A stretch of DNA of 64,000 nt from an uncultured Methanosarcinaceae archaeon (GTDB lineage: Archaea; Halobacteriota; Methanosarcinia; Methanosarcinales; Methanosarcinaceae), in assembly GCA_963721455.1 (NCBI GenBank), contig CAVRJG010000052.1, positions 1-64,000 on the forward strand, in the 5' to 3' direction. Shown here in pieces: positions 31,965 through 43,114 of the stretch. The notes beneath the pieces were generated by a model that had not been told where the DNA came from, searched no databases, and saw only the letters and a program-made list of their open reading frames with translations. A program made the translations under genes and the position numbers. The stretch's first letter is position 1. Each line of letters opens with the position of its first letter.

Positions 31965-33674
31965 TTACATAGCTTCCGGAGCTGCGATTCCCAGAGTATC
32001 AAGAGAGTTTGCAAGCACGATCCTTGCGCAGTCCACAAGAGCCAGCCTTGCAGCCCTGACCTCTTCATCCTCGGCAGCAATAACAGGGACAAAACGATAG
32101 AACTGGTTAAAAGCATCTGCGAGTTCGCGGGCATAGATTGCAAGCACATGGGGCTTTAGTTCGCGGGCTCCTAGGTCGATTACACTGTCAAACATTGCCA
32201 TCTTTTTGATCAGATCGATTTCACTATCCTCGACAAGGAGAGAAGGATCGATTTCTGTGGAGGAATCCCAGACGTCTTCCTCTTTTGCTTTTTCGAGGAT
32301 ACTGCATGCGCGAGCGTGGGAGTACTGGATATAGGGAGCACCCTGCTTTTCAAAGTCCAGAGCCTCTTTCCAGTTGAAAACGGTGGATTTTTCGGGAGAG
32401 ACCCTGACTATATCATATCTCACTGCACCTATTCCGACCATTTCTGCAACCTGCTTCTTGAACTCGTAAGAAGTTTCAGGACGGCGGGTTTCGACCTGTT
32501 CTAGGGCGGCTTCAGTAACCCTGTCAAAAAGGTCGTCTGCACTTATGAACTGGCCGCGGCGGGTGCTCATAGAGCCTTCGGGGAGGGAGACGAACTCGAA
32601 AATAACGACTTCAGGTTCCTTGACCCCGATTGCGTTTAACGTAGCCCTGAGCTGGCCGGAAATCAGCTTGTGGTCAGCTCCGAAGACATCGATTATACGG
32701 TCTGCCTGTCCGGCTTTCCATTCGTGGTAGGCAAGGTCTCTTGTGGTATAAAGAGAAGTTCCGTTTGAGCGCTGGATAACAAGGGTCTTCTCAAACCCGT
32801 AATCCGAAAGGTCTACCACGAGGGCGCCTTTATCCGTTTTTGTCCTTCCCGTCACCTTGATCCGCTCGACAATGTCGTGTACTGCGCCGGATTTAAGGAA
32901 AAGGGATTCACTGACAAACTTATCGTGGACTACATTCAAACGAAGAAGAGTCTCCTTAATTCCGGAAATAGTCAGGGAAACTGCCTTATCAAAACTATCA
33001 ATAGTCCTGATATCCCCGGCTTCTACCTTTTCCATAAGGGTATCAATTTCCTTTATGTATTCCGGGTTTTTGTCCAGCTCGACATTGGCTTTGATATACA
33101 CGTCAGCAATGGCTGAATCGGATTTTCTGGAAAGGTCAAGCTCGAAACGTTCACATGCCCAGGAAACTACCGCAATCTGGCGGCCCATATCGTTGACATA
33201 GTACTGCACCTCCACATCGTGCCCTGCTCTCCTGAGAATGCGGGCAAGAGTGTCACCAATAATGGAATTGCGGATGTGTCCCACATGCAGGGGCCCATTA
33301 GGGTTTGCTGAGGTGTGCTCAAGGAGAATTCTATCCTTTGGGGCTCCGCACCCGAATTTCTCTTTCTTTTCCAGAACTGCAGTGACTGTCCCGTCCAGGT
33401 AGTGCCTGCTTGCTCGGAAGTTAATGTAAGGGCCAGAGACACTTACTTCTCCGATATACGAACCACCCGGAATTTCGAGTGCAGAAACGATAAGGGATGC
33501 AAGTTCTTTCGGATTTTGTTTGTGAAGGCTGGCAAGTTTGAAGGCAGCTCTGCTTGCAAGATCGGCGTGTGAAGAGGTTTCGAAATAAAGTTCGGAATCC
33601 TCAATCTCAAACCCGACCTTTCGGATAGCGTCTTTTAAGATTGATGTAGCCTGAGCTTTGAGTTCAAGGAACAA
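31965..33674 (-). CDS. argS: Arginyl-tRNA synthetase
   Basis: EHTSANPNGPLHVGHIRN (HIGH motif), MSTRRG, YIQYSHAR, C-terminal PEAM. Confidence 0.96.
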   Translation of the reverse strand: MFLELKAQATSILKDAIRKVGFEIEDSELYFETSSHADLASRAAFKLASLHKQNPKELASLIVSALEIPGGSYIGEVSVSGPYINFRASRHYLDGTVTAVLEKKEKFGCGAPKDRILLEHTSANPNGPLHVGHIRNSIIGDTLARILRRAGHDVEVQYYVNDMGRQIAVVSWACERFELDLSRKSDSAIADVYIKANVELDKNPEYIKEIDTLMEKVEAGDIRTIDSFDKAVSLTISGIKETLLRLNVVHDKFVSESLFLKSGAVHDIVERIKVTGRTKTDKGALVVDLSDYGFEKTLVIQRSNGTSLYTTRDLAYHEWKAGQADRIIDVFGADHKLISGQLRATLNAIGVKEPEVVIFEFVSLPEGSMSTRRGQFISADDLFDRVTEAALEQVETRRPETSYEFKKQVAEMVGIGAVRYDIVRVSPEKSTVFNWKEALDFEKQGAPYIQYSHARACSILEKAKEEDVWDSSTEIDPSLLVEDSEIDLIKKMAMFDSVIDLGARELKPHVLAIYARELADAFNQFYRFVPVIAAEDEEVRAARLALVDCARIVLANSLDTLGIAAPEAM

Positions 33675-33815
33675 GATAAACCACCTGTAAAAATTATGAA
33701 AATAATGTGATAACTTTAATTTACTAATTTCTAATCCACTGATCTAAAGACAGTTTAATTAAAAAAGTATTGGGTAAAAAAGTATTGGATAGGAGATCTG
33801 GCCTCCTGGGAGAGA

Positions 33816-35063
33816 TCAGATTCCGGTATTGTACCTCAGAATTGCAGCAATGCCTCCAAAGGCGTTCATGAGCTGGGAACCTTCGTCAAAGTCCGTAGAC
33901 ACGAAAATAACCTTTGCACTACTCTTGTCAGCAAGCGCTGAGAACTCGTCCACGATATCGGTAACATCCGTGACATCAAGGGAAGAACCACACTTCGGGC
34001 AGTTCCCGGCTGTGGGAGCTGCCTCTCCCGGCTTCCAGCGCCGCGTCCATTTATTATCGTATCCGCAAACACTGCATTTCGTGGTCACCCTTTCAGCCCG
34101 CAGATCTTCAGAGAGCAAAAGCAATTCCACAGCATTGATTTCGAGGTTTGCTCGGACCTGAGTTTCCCCATAGGCTACCTTGCCTGAATCAGAAATCAAT
34201 TCTTTGAAAAAGGCCTTGACTGCATTCTTCTGCCCCATAAGCTCAAGGTCCTGAAGCTTTTCACCGGCAGCATTCACTAGTTCGGACAGGCCAGATTCGT
34301 CTGTATACGCTATATCAAAAAGCCCGAGGATTTTCTTCAGGAGCTCATGATGAAGGAACTCGCCTGCATAGAACTCTTCCTTTGTTGGAGAAGGTCCCCC
34401 TATCAGGATACCTTTGAGATCTTTGTGGTCAACTGAAAGGAAGATATCACTTGCAGCATCTCCTATCCTCTTGTAGAAATCATGGATTGCAATGAGCCTG
34501 AGCTGCTGGAAACGGTGGGCACTCTGACCACCTTTCCTCTGTTTTCCAGGAACTGTCGAGGTCAGGTTACGGAAGGCCTGGATCCGCTTCCCTACCAGAA
34601 GCCCTACAGTGGCTTCCCTGCGGTCAAGAACCAGAAGCCCAAATGTGCCCTTATCCTTGAGCATATCCTCAAGAGGTTCCAGGTAGAAAGAGGAGTCACA
34701 ATGGTATTTGTAAACGGTAATAGGTTCAGGAGGGACAATTACCTCACTTTCCATGCTCGTTTTGTTGGCTCCGATATCCACAGCCCCTGTGAAATATACG
34801 ATTCCATTTTCAGGAACTTTATCCAGGTATCTAAGTCTTGAGAGCAGAGATTCAATGGCTCCCTGTACGTTCGTTCTGGTAAGCTTGGACTTGATGTTTG
34901 CAGCCTGTCCATGCTCATCTTTCAGCTGGTTTGTGACGTCGAAAATCTGCTTGTCGGGAGGGATGTAAATGGAAATAAGCTCAGTACTTCTTCCCTTCTT
35001 ATCCCTGAGGCCTTCAAGCTTCTTTTTAAATTCGTATTTTTCATGTGCCGATTGTTCAGTCAT
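33816..35063 (-). CDS. prf1: Peptide chain release factor aRF1
   Basis: NIKS, YHCDSSF, GGQS, FGGIAAILRY; CxxC...CxxC zinc-ribbon insert. Confidence 0.96.
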   Translation of the reverse strand: MTEQSAHEKYEFKKKLEGLRDKKGRSTELISIYIPPDKQIFDVTNQLKDEHGQAANIKSKLTRTNVQGAIESLLSRLRYLDKVPENGIVYFTGAVDIGANKTSMESEVIVPPEPITVYKYHCDSSFYLEPLEDMLKDKGTFGLLVLDRREATVGLLVGKRIQAFRNLTSTVPGKQRKGGQSAHRFQQLRLIAIHDFYKRIGDAASDIFLSVDHKDLKGILIGGPSPTKEEFYAGEFLHHELLKKILGLFDIAYTDESGLSELVNAAGEKLQDLELMGQKNAVKAFFKELISDSGKVAYGETQVRANLEINAVELLLLSEDLRAERVTTKCSVCGYDNKWTRRWKPGEAAPTAGNCPKCGSSLDVTDVTDIVDEFSALADKSSAKVIFVSTDFDEGSQLMNAFGGIAAILRYNTGI

Positions 35064-35272
35064 TTCAAAAATTCCCCGATGAAGAAAGTAATGTGATAAG
35101 ATTCTGGTATTTGCGGTAAATTTGAGATTAAGTCTGTTATTGAATTTGACACAGGCATGTTTAAAGTGAAACTGACAAATTTAAGGCAAATTAATTTGAA
35201 CTCTCGAATCTGTTATGGAATTATCAATTAATAAGATATTGAGTTTTCCTGAGATTATCGAATTTAATTCTA

Positions 35273-35385
35273 GATCATTAATTCGAACCTACCAATTTGA
35301 GATCATTAATTCGAACCTACCAATTCGAGATCACTAATTCGAACCTACGAATTTGAGATCATTGATTCGAAAGTATCAATCTGAG
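35273..35385. repeat. 28-bp tandem repeat ~4 copies (GATCATTAATTCGAACCTACCAATTTGA)
   Basis: Head-to-tail copies without spacers. Confidence 0.8.
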
Positions 35386-35883
35386 ATTTGATTTGAGATT
35401 ATCCGTCTGCAATCATAATAAATTTAGTGATTCAGTTTACAATTTGTTTAGCTTTTCGGTTAATTTAACAAAGGGTAAACGTAGGATTTGATAAGGACAA
35501 ATCATACAGCGAGTTCCTGTCTCAACCGAAATCTGAATATAAAAACCGCTCAGAACACGACGAACCTGAGAGTAAGAATACGCCTAGCCAGAAAAGCCGA
35601 AATCCCGGATTCCGGTAAAAACCAGCTTATGCTGCGCAAACCTGCCCTGTTTCGTATTCTGTTGATCGCACTAGATGTGAGACATAATTTTACTCAGACT
35701 GTGTCTAATTAGTTTAAAATCGGATTAGTCCCCGCAGGGATCATATCCTAAATGAAACTTGAGTTTATATTTGTTTCTATCCCCTAACTTAAATTATATA
35801 TTCATACACATATAAAAATTTTCCTGTATATTGCAGTATATTGGTTTCTGCTTTAGAAACTATTTTTCTCCAAAAATTTGGGT

Positions 35884-36921
35884 TTAATCAAGGCAGGAGA
35901 CCCTTTTAGCCGGAGACTTTTTTCCGTCCTTGGAAAGCAGGACTACTCGACTGATTTCAGATTCATCTGCGATTTCGTATCTCAGATGTTTTGCAAGTTC
36001 CTGGGAGAACTCCAGCACCTCTTCATGAGTTGGCATGGCAGATCGGTCAAGGCGGAGCCGTGAAAAGCCCAGATGCATGTACGCTTTTATTTCCACAAAA
36101 TCTGGGGAGGCCTTTTTGATCAGTTCGGCATAAGCTTCCGGATTGAACATGTTTTCGCCTTTTACCAGTGTCGTCCTTATGACTGTCCTTGAGTTTTTCT
36201 GTTTCATCAGGGACAGAGACTCGTTGATCTTTTCCCACAGTGCAGGCGATTTGGGCTGGCAGACTTTCAGATAGGTTTCCAGATCAGGAGCATCGAGACT
36301 CATGTAGAGCTGGGAAGGGAATACTTTTGCAAGCATTTCCGGGACTGTCCCGTTTGTGACCAGAAAAGTCGTAAAACCTCTTTTCTCATATTCCTCGATA
36401 AGTTCTGGAAGGTAAGGGTAAAAGGTCGGCTCCCCGGACAGGGAGATTGCAACATTATTCGGCTCATTGCCCTCAAGCCAGCGTTCCTTAAGTGCATTCG
36501 GAGAGCCGCCAAAACCCGTGATTAACTTGCGCTGGCAGGCAATGCTTTCTTCTACTATCTTCTCGGGAGAGTCCCATTCCCCAGGCACAGGAACCGGAAC
36601 CTCAGTCGGGCGCCAGCAGAAGAGGCAACGCTGGTTGCACATAAGAGTGGGAGTCATCTGAAGGCAGCGATGGGACTGGACTCCATAGAACTTAGATTTA
36701 TAGCAAAAGCCCTGACCGTTCATAGCGTGTCTGAGCCAGAGACAGGTCTTAACAGCCGAATGGCGGCCTGCAAGGGCATAGCCCTGCTTTTTCAGGAGGG
36801 TTTTAAAATCAGGGATACCAAAAGGAATGGAAGTAAGCTCTTCACCCCGAATTTCTTCCTGGATTTCCGGGAAATCTTCCCCGGGATTTTCATTTTGTTC
36901 TTCCGGCTGCATTTTTCGCAT
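35884..36921 (-). CDS. taw1: tRNA wyosine biosynthesis radical-SAM enzyme (4-demethylwyosine synthase)
   Basis: HSAVKTCLW, CYKSKFYG..SHRC.QMTP, CNQRCLFCWR, SLSGEPT, VTNG. Confidence 0.93.
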   Translation of the reverse strand: MRKMQPEEQNENPGEDFPEIQEEIRGEELTSIPFGIPDFKTLLKKQGYALAGRHSAVKTCLWLRHAMNGQGFCYKSKFYGVQSHRCLQMTPTLMCNQRCLFCWRPTEVPVPVPGEWDSPEKIVEESIACQRKLITGFGGSPNALKERWLEGNEPNNVAISLSGEPTFYPYLPELIEEYEKRGFTTFLVTNGTVPEMLAKVFPSQLYMSLDAPDLETYLKVCQPKSPALWEKINESLSLMKQKNSRTVIRTTLVKGENMFNPEAYAELIKKASPDFVEIKAYMHLGFSRLRLDRSAMPTHEEVLEFSQELAKHLRYEIADESEISRVVLLSKDGKKSPAKRVSCLD

Positions 36922-37171
36922 ATTAAATCTTTGTGGTATATATAAGGATCGGAAAATAATTTTGGGGAGAATTCGGGAGGGTTTCGGAAGCTCAATGGAA
37001 ACATTTCAGGGCCAGCTATCTGACAGGCAGCTAACTAGGCCGGCTTTCAGATCGAATTCAGCCAAAATCAGTAGAAATCAATAAGAACCCAGTCGAAACC
37101 AGTCGAAACCAGTCGAAACTCAATAAAAAATCAGTGAAAATGATCAAAAGTCAGTCAAAAATCAATTGAAA

Positions 37172-39157
37172 TCAGTCAAATCCCAGGATCTTTACGTCAA
37201 AGTCCGCGAGATCTACAATCGGGACTCTGGCAGGCACAGGCATTAGATTTACACGTTTCTGGAATTCTGTCTGGGCCTGCCAGGTCCCGGAATTGACAAG
37301 GAGGATATTTTTATAACGCTGAACTCCGAGAGTGTGGACATGGCCTGTATGGATGATTTCTGGCACAGGGTCGATTACAAAATAGTCCTTTTTTTCCGGG
37401 GATATGGAAACCCTGCTCCCATAGGTTGGAGCAAGATGCCTGCGCTTTACCATCTCAAGGACTGCACCTGCAGGTTCCTGATACGAGACTCCAGGGATAC
37501 TTGCCACAAGGTCATCAATCGACCTGCCGTGGTAAATGAGAATGCGGACGCCGTCAAGGTCCACAAGAGCCGGATTACCAACGAAAATGATATTCTGGGG
37601 GAAATCTGCCTGAATGCTTTCCGGCAGTGCGGGCTGAGGTTCTGCCTGTCGGACAGCGTCGTGGTTGCCCGGACTTATGATCACACGAATATGCTCAGGA
37701 ATTTCCCTGAAGTACTCGGCAGCCTTTCTGTACTGTGCGTAGATATCCAGAATATCGAGTTCCATTTCCTGGTCAGGATAGATCCCGATTCCATCAACGA
37801 GGTCTCCTGCAACAACAAGATAACGGATACTGGCTGCAAGCTCCCGCATGGATTCTGAATCTGATTCTCCTTTCAAAAAGTCCAGGAAATCCAACCAGGC
37901 ATCTTCCATGAACTGGGAACTGCCTACATGCACATCCGAAATCAGTACAGCTTTCCCGTGGCTTCCGGTTCTGCGCTGAACGTTATTAGGAACATCGGGC
38001 TGGATTAGCTTTGTGGCAAGCATCAGGTTTCCATCATTAGTTACCGAGCCTGTTGCCCCGACGACCTCATCCAGAAGAATTCTTGAGGCCAGCTCAAAGA
38101 GTTCCTTATCGGTGTTTCGAATAAGAACTGAAAAAGAGCCTGTCGGGTCTTCGAGAGAAAAAATTTTATGGCCGTTAGTTGTATTGCTGATATCCGAAAC
38201 CATGCCTATAATCGATATTTCCTCAGAACCTCCGTCCCCTCCGCGACGGAAACTTCTCCTTTTTAAACTTTCGATGGGGCGTGCGTTGATTCTCCCCCGG
38301 ATAATCTCGGAAAGCCTGCTGTATCTATCCCTGAAATACTGCACAAACTGCACATATTCCCCGATGCAGGTGGAATGCCCTGTTATATCGGAAACTACGG
38401 TCACCGGATTCTTGCCTGGATAATGTCTGTACCCCTCGTCCCTGGAACCAGAAGATGTCCCTCTGCCGGAAATGGAGACAGATGGCTCTGCACTGAAAAC
38501 CCGGTTTGAAGGAGATGAGGGAAGGGAATTCCCCTGCCTGAAAAAAGAAGAGGCTGACCTGTTTCCAGCTTGTGGAGACTTAGGGGAAAAAACCTGAGGA
38601 ACTGCCTTTATTGAAGAGAGAGGGCTTGAGGTGAGGTAAGAAGCCAAAACTTCCTCGGATGAAACAACACCTGATTGTGTTTCCGGCACTGGTTGAAAAA
38701 CCGGATCTTGAACTGGAATGGAATCAGGGACAGGATTTTGAAACGATTCCGGAGCCGGATCAGAAGCTGAATTCGGAATATCAGGCTGTAAGGAGCTTTC
38801 AGGCCCTGAGGGAAGGCCACGTGATCTGGAAGAGAGCATAGAGGTCCCGGAAAGAATTTCCCCTTCTTTTAGAGAGGAGGTATTTGTTTCATGAGAAGGC
38901 GATTTCCCTGCCGAAGTTTCGAAACCAGGGTTTTTTCCATTCTCTGCATTAGTTAGCTTTGAAGTCCTACCAGAGGCGGCAAAGCCTTCAAAATCTACAT
39001 GTTCGGCCCCTATGACAATAACAGAGTCACTGACAGTTGAAAGGATATATTTGATCAGGCCTTCGGGCGAGTCACTTGATTTGATGAGTTCTACTGCTTC
39101 AGGGCTTATCTGATACTCTTTTCCCATAACCGCCCTTATAATATCGCTTTTATCCAT
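37172..39157 (-). CDS. polB: DNA polymerase D small (exonuclease) subunit DP1
   Basis: ISDVHVGS, AGDLVDGIG.YP, PGNHD, HGRSIDD, HLAPTYG, GHVH; long Ser/Pro-rich linker. Confidence 0.95.
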   Translation of the reverse strand: MDKSDIIRAVMGKEYQISPEAVELIKSSDSPEGLIKYILSTVSDSVIVIGAEHVDFEGFAASGRTSKLTNAENGKNPGFETSAGKSPSHETNTSSLKEGEILSGTSMLSSRSRGLPSGPESSLQPDIPNSASDPAPESFQNPVPDSIPVQDPVFQPVPETQSGVVSSEEVLASYLTSSPLSSIKAVPQVFSPKSPQAGNRSASSFFRQGNSLPSSPSNRVFSAEPSVSISGRGTSSGSRDEGYRHYPGKNPVTVVSDITGHSTCIGEYVQFVQYFRDRYSRLSEIIRGRINARPIESLKRRSFRRGGDGGSEEISIIGMVSDISNTTNGHKIFSLEDPTGSFSVLIRNTDKELFELASRILLDEVVGATGSVTNDGNLMLATKLIQPDVPNNVQRRTGSHGKAVLISDVHVGSSQFMEDAWLDFLDFLKGESDSESMRELAASIRYLVVAGDLVDGIGIYPDQEMELDILDIYAQYRKAAEYFREIPEHIRVIISPGNHDAVRQAEPQPALPESIQADFPQNIIFVGNPALVDLDGVRILIYHGRSIDDLVASIPGVSYQEPAGAVLEMVKRRHLAPTYGSRVSISPEKKDYFVIDPVPEIIHTGHVHTLGVQRYKNILLVNSGTWQAQTEFQKRVNLMPVPARVPIVDLADFDVKILGFD

Positions 39158-39801
39158 AATTCCGACCTGACCTTTCTGAACTGACCTGAGCTTATCTAAG
39201 TCTTCAAGGCCTGATTTGGCATCAGAGCTAATTTGGCTCCAGACTTGAAGAGGCTAAAGCAAAAGCCTGTTTAAAATATAAAAATTAATAAGATACGAAA
39301 TTAATGTGCTAAAGTAACTTGTTACCATAAAGAAGAATTTTATGAAACTTTTGTGTGTTCTGACAGAATATTTATAGTTATTAATCTCTGTCTATTATAG
39401 AATAGATCTATAGAATAGATCTATAGAATAGATCTACTTATTATTTTAGCAACTATTACAGAAATATTATAACCCGATGAATAAATTGAAAATTAATATA
39501 GAATAAAAACAAATATTCAGGCAAATATACTGAAAAAAGCTCACTAAACTAATTTTTAAACTAACTTCGTATAAGTCAGATTATACAAGTCGGTTTATAT
39601 AAGTAGGAACAGTAGACGTAGGGCTGTATATCGTTCTGTGGTTTTATTATAATCCTGAGGATTGTATCATAATCCTGAGGCCACACATAAATTAAATCAA
39701 GTATAATAAGTTAAATCAAATAACATTTCGAGCAGGACAAGACCGAATAAAGTATAATGCAGCACCTCAAAAGAATAAAATCAAAAGAATAAAGGCTAAT
39801 T

Positions 39802-40359
39802 ATGAGCGAAATTAATAAGGAAAACAGTGTCCAAGAACAGGAAAACCCCTGGGTTTCCCTTGGAAAGGACTTGCTGTCTGTTGTAGCTATCCTGATTGCT
39901 TTCATGGTCCTTTCCAAGCTGGCATTCGGACTCTGGACTCCTATGGTTGCGGTGGAGTCAGGGAGTATGGAACCGCATATGCTAGTAGGAGATATTATTT
40001 TCATCAAAAGCGTAGATCGAGTGGACGTTATCACGAATGAGGACGGAAAAAATACAGGTTATAAATCCTTTGAAGATTACGGAAATGTGATTCTTTACCG
40101 CCCTTATGGGGAGGAAGGAGTAACCCCGATAATTCATAGGGCCATGTACAGAGTAAAAGCCGGAGAGCCTATGTGGAAAGACGGCCCCATTGCTCCGTAT
40201 TCCGGCTACATTACGAAAGGAGACAACGTTGTAACCAACATGCACTTTGATCAGGAAGGACAGATAAGCTATGAGATGCCTGTAAAAGACGAATGGATTA
40301 TAGGGATTGCACAGTACAGGATTCCTTATCTGGGATATATCAGACTGTTCTTTTCATAA
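39802..40359 (+). CDS. Archaeal signal peptidase I (S26B)
   Basis: VESGSMEP..GD, IIHR, TKGDN, IPYLGY. Confidence 0.9.
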   Translation: MSEINKENSVQEQENPWVSLGKDLLSVVAILIAFMVLSKLAFGLWTPMVAVESGSMEPHMLVGDIIFIKSVDRVDVITNEDGKNTGYKSFEDYGNVILYRPYGEEGVTPIIHRAMYRVKAGEPMWKDGPIAPYSGYITKGDNVVTNMHFDQEGQISYEMPVKDEWIIGIAQYRIPYLGYIRLFFS

Positions 40360-40671
40360 ACCGTCTGTATGACCACTTAACTTATCTTTTTAAGCTCCTG
40401 AATCAGTTTTCCCCACTAACTGGTTCAGGCATCTTATTCTTTTTTGCAGTTTCGGGCCTCCTGTTTATACTTAGTATTCTCCTCTTATAATTTTTAATAA
40501 CCATCCGAATTTTTTGCCAGACAGTTCTGTGAATTTTTTGAGTCTCAACAGATCACAATAAGGGCATCAACATACCACAGTAAATTAGAGGTATAAATCT
40601 TGGAAAAAGGAAGCAATTCCAAAACAGATAAATAAAGGAAACGAAATGAGAAAAACAATCAGAAGAATAAT

Positions 40672-40772
40672 TAGAAAAACAATCTAGAAAAACAATCTAG
40701 AAAAACAATCTAGAAAAACAATCTAGAAAAACAATCTAGAAAAACAATCTAGAAAAACAATCTAGAAAAACA
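40672..40772. repeat. 13-bp tandem repeat (TAGAAAAACAATC) ~7.7 copies
   Basis: Direct reading; ends 9 nt before the dus start codon. Confidence 0.9.
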
Positions 40773-40781
40773 GTCAGAAAA

Positions 40782-41753
40782 ATGAAGCTCAATAAATTAA
40801 AAATCGGCAAGACCGAAACTGCTGGAAGCCTTCTCCTTGCACCTATGGCAGACGTGACAAACCTGGCTTTCAGGCTGCTCTGCAGGCAGAATGGAGCTGA
40901 CCTTACATACACTGAAATGATCAGTGCAGATGCCCTGCTCAGCGAGAACCGAAAATCGCTTTTTAAAGGACTGAGTTCCCCTGACGACCGACCTTTTGGA
41001 GTTCAGCTTGTAGGGAGTTCCCCTGAGAAGCTGAGGGAAGCTGCGCTCTTTGTTGAGGATGAGTACAGGCCTGAACTTATCGACGTGAATATGGGCTGCC
41101 CTGTACAGCGCATTACAGGGACAGGTTGCGGCTCGGCTCTTCTCAACTCCCAGAAGCTTGTATATGAAATAATCTCGGAGATGACAGATGTTCTGAAAAC
41201 TCCTGTAACTGCAAAGATCCGTATTCTGGAGAGCGATGAAAAGACTCTTGAGATTGCACGCCGGATAGAAAAGGCAGGGGCTCTGGCCTTGACCGTGCAT
41301 GGCAGAAAGGCAGAGCAGATGTATTCCGGAAATTCGGACCTTGCAGCGATCAGAGCCGTCAAACGCGAACTTTCCATTCCTGTGATTGCAAACGGTGACA
41401 TCAGGGACGAAGAGTCTGCCAAAAGCACCCTTGACTTTACAGGCTGTGACGGGCTTATGATAGGGCGTGCAGCAATGGGAAATCCCTTCATCTTCAGAAG
41501 GATCAGGCATTATCTGGAAACCGGGGAAAAATTGGAAGTAGACGGAAGGGCCCGGCAGCTGGAAGACTTTGAAGCATATATCATTCTTCTTGAAGAATAT
41601 AACCTTTTTTCGTCAATAAATCTAAGAATGCATGCCCACTGGTTTACAAAGGGACTACACGGCTCGCGGCAGATCAGGGAAAAGATTAATACTCTAAAAG
41701 ATGGAAAAGCCATAATTGACCTGATAAGGAGTTCATGTAAAGATAGATATTAA
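40782..41753 (+). CDS. tRNA-dihydrouridine synthase (DusB-like)
   Basis: LAPMADVT, YTEMIS, DVNMGCP, VHGR, ANGDI, MIGRAAMGNP. Confidence 0.92.
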   Translation: MKLNKLKIGKTETAGSLLLAPMADVTNLAFRLLCRQNGADLTYTEMISADALLSENRKSLFKGLSSPDDRPFGVQLVGSSPEKLREAALFVEDEYRPELIDVNMGCPVQRITGTGCGSALLNSQKLVYEIISEMTDVLKTPVTAKIRILESDEKTLEIARRIEKAGALALTVHGRKAEQMYSGNSDLAAIRAVKRELSIPVIANGDIRDEESAKSTLDFTGCDGLMIGRAAMGNPFIFRRIRHYLETGEKLEVDGRARQLEDFEAYIILLEEYNLFSSINLRMHAHWFTKGLHGSRQIREKINTLKDGKAIIDLIRSSCKDRY

Positions 41754-42302
41754 AATATTTCGTATTTTTGAAGGTAAAATTTGTTTACAACCAATATCAG
41801 AGAAAACAGCATTTTGAGACACGTTAACCAACAGACAATAAGTATAATACGTTTAAAGGATAATTTAGAAGTTGAAATATATATAACCAATTTCTCGATG
41901 TTCACCGAAAAACTAATAATAATCTACACTATTATCCATGAAATATCGGGCACCAAACGGCGTGAATATATAATTAAAAAATATATGATTGGTTTTTATA
42001 TATTACACTCGATAGTAGTAATAACTCAGTCATATGAATACATAAGGTTAACAATCACCCATCCAGGTCTTTGGATCCCTGCATCTGCCTGTGCATATCG
42101 CAGTGGTACCTGGAAAAAGGGTCAGATTCTGAATCGGTCTGACAAAAATCAATATATTAAACAACATCAGGTTAATTCGATCAACAGCAGTGTGCCAGAC
42201 AACCAATCAATATTTGCCATACAGACTGCCGAAAACAGCAAAAACTCAGAAAACATCAGAAAAACAGTATATATAAAACTGCATTAAAAAAGGAGAATCC
42301 AG

Positions 42303-42851
42303 ATGAAGGAAATCAGAATACACGGTCGAGGAGGCCAGGGTTCTGTTACTGCGGCTGAGATGCTTGCCGTTGCAGCTTTTGAAGATGGGAAGTTCAGCCA
42401 GGCCTTCCCCGCTTTTGGGGTAGAGCGCAGAGGTGCCCCTGTGCAGGCATTCACAAGGATCAGTAACAGTCCCATCAGGCTCAGAAGCCAGATCTACACT
42501 CCGGATTATGTTATTGTCCAGGACGCAACCCTTCTTGAAACTGTTGACGTTGCAAGCGGGATAAAAGATGACGGAATAATTATCGTCAACACAACCGAAA
42601 GTCCAGAAAGCCTGAAGCTTAACACGAAAGCTAAGGTCATTACCGGGGACGCTACAAAGGTGGCAATGGATATTATAGGTCTCCCCATTGTGAACACTGT
42701 CCTCCTTGGAGCTTTTGCTGCTGCAACCGGAGAAATAAATGTGGAATCAATCCAGCATGCAATAAAGGCTCGTTTTCCAGGAAAGGTAGGAGAAAAGAAC
42801 GCAAAAGCGATTCAGAAAGCCTACGAGATTACCAGGGGGAAAGAGGTATGA
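42303..42851 (+). CDS. porC: Pyruvate:ferredoxin oxidoreductase gamma subunit
   Basis: [20 protein letters not shown]. Confidence 0.92.
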   Translation: MKEIRIHGRGGQGSVTAAEMLAVAAFEDGKFSQAFPAFGVERRGAPVQAFTRISNSPIRLRSQIYTPDYVIVQDATLLETVDVASGIKDDGIIIVNTTESPESLKLNTKAKVITGDATKVAMDIIGLPIVNTVLLGAFAAATGEINVESIQHAIKARFPGKVGEKNAKAIQKAYEITRGKEV

Positions 42852-43114
42852 GTCTAAAGATCACACGCGGCGGAGTCTGTGAACCTGGCTCGACCCTTAA
42901 AAACAAAACCGGGGGCTGGAGAAACTTCCGTCCTGTTTATATTTATGAAAAGTGTACCAAATGCGGGATCTGCGAGATCGTCTGCCCTGACATGTCTGTC
43001 AAACCCAGGGAAGACGGCTTTTTTGAGTACGATTACGATTACTGCAAGGGTTGCGGCATCTGTGCAAATGAATGTCCTGCATATGCAATTGAAATGATTC
43101 TGGAGGAGAAATAA
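42848..43114 (+). CDS. porD: POR delta subunit (2x[4Fe-4S])
   Basis: [30 protein letters not shown]. Confidence 0.93.
   Translation: MSLKITRGGVCEPGSTLKNKTGGWRNFRPVYIYEKCTKCGICEIVCPDMSVKPREDGFFEYDYDYCKGCGICANECPAYAIEMILEEK

Noticed and set aside
35273-35385. 28-bp repeats as a CRISPR mini-array
   Set aside because: No spacers; progressive degeneration typical of a tandem duplication.
39160-39800. AT-rich gap between DP1 and signal peptidase as a replication origin
   Set aside because: No ORB-like boxes with G-strings and no cdc6/orc1 gene visible in the window.
41781-42287. 168-aa ORF upstream of porC
   Set aside because: TTG start without SD, AT-rich Ile/Tyr-biased sequence, and it overlaps the promoter and leader; probably non-coding.
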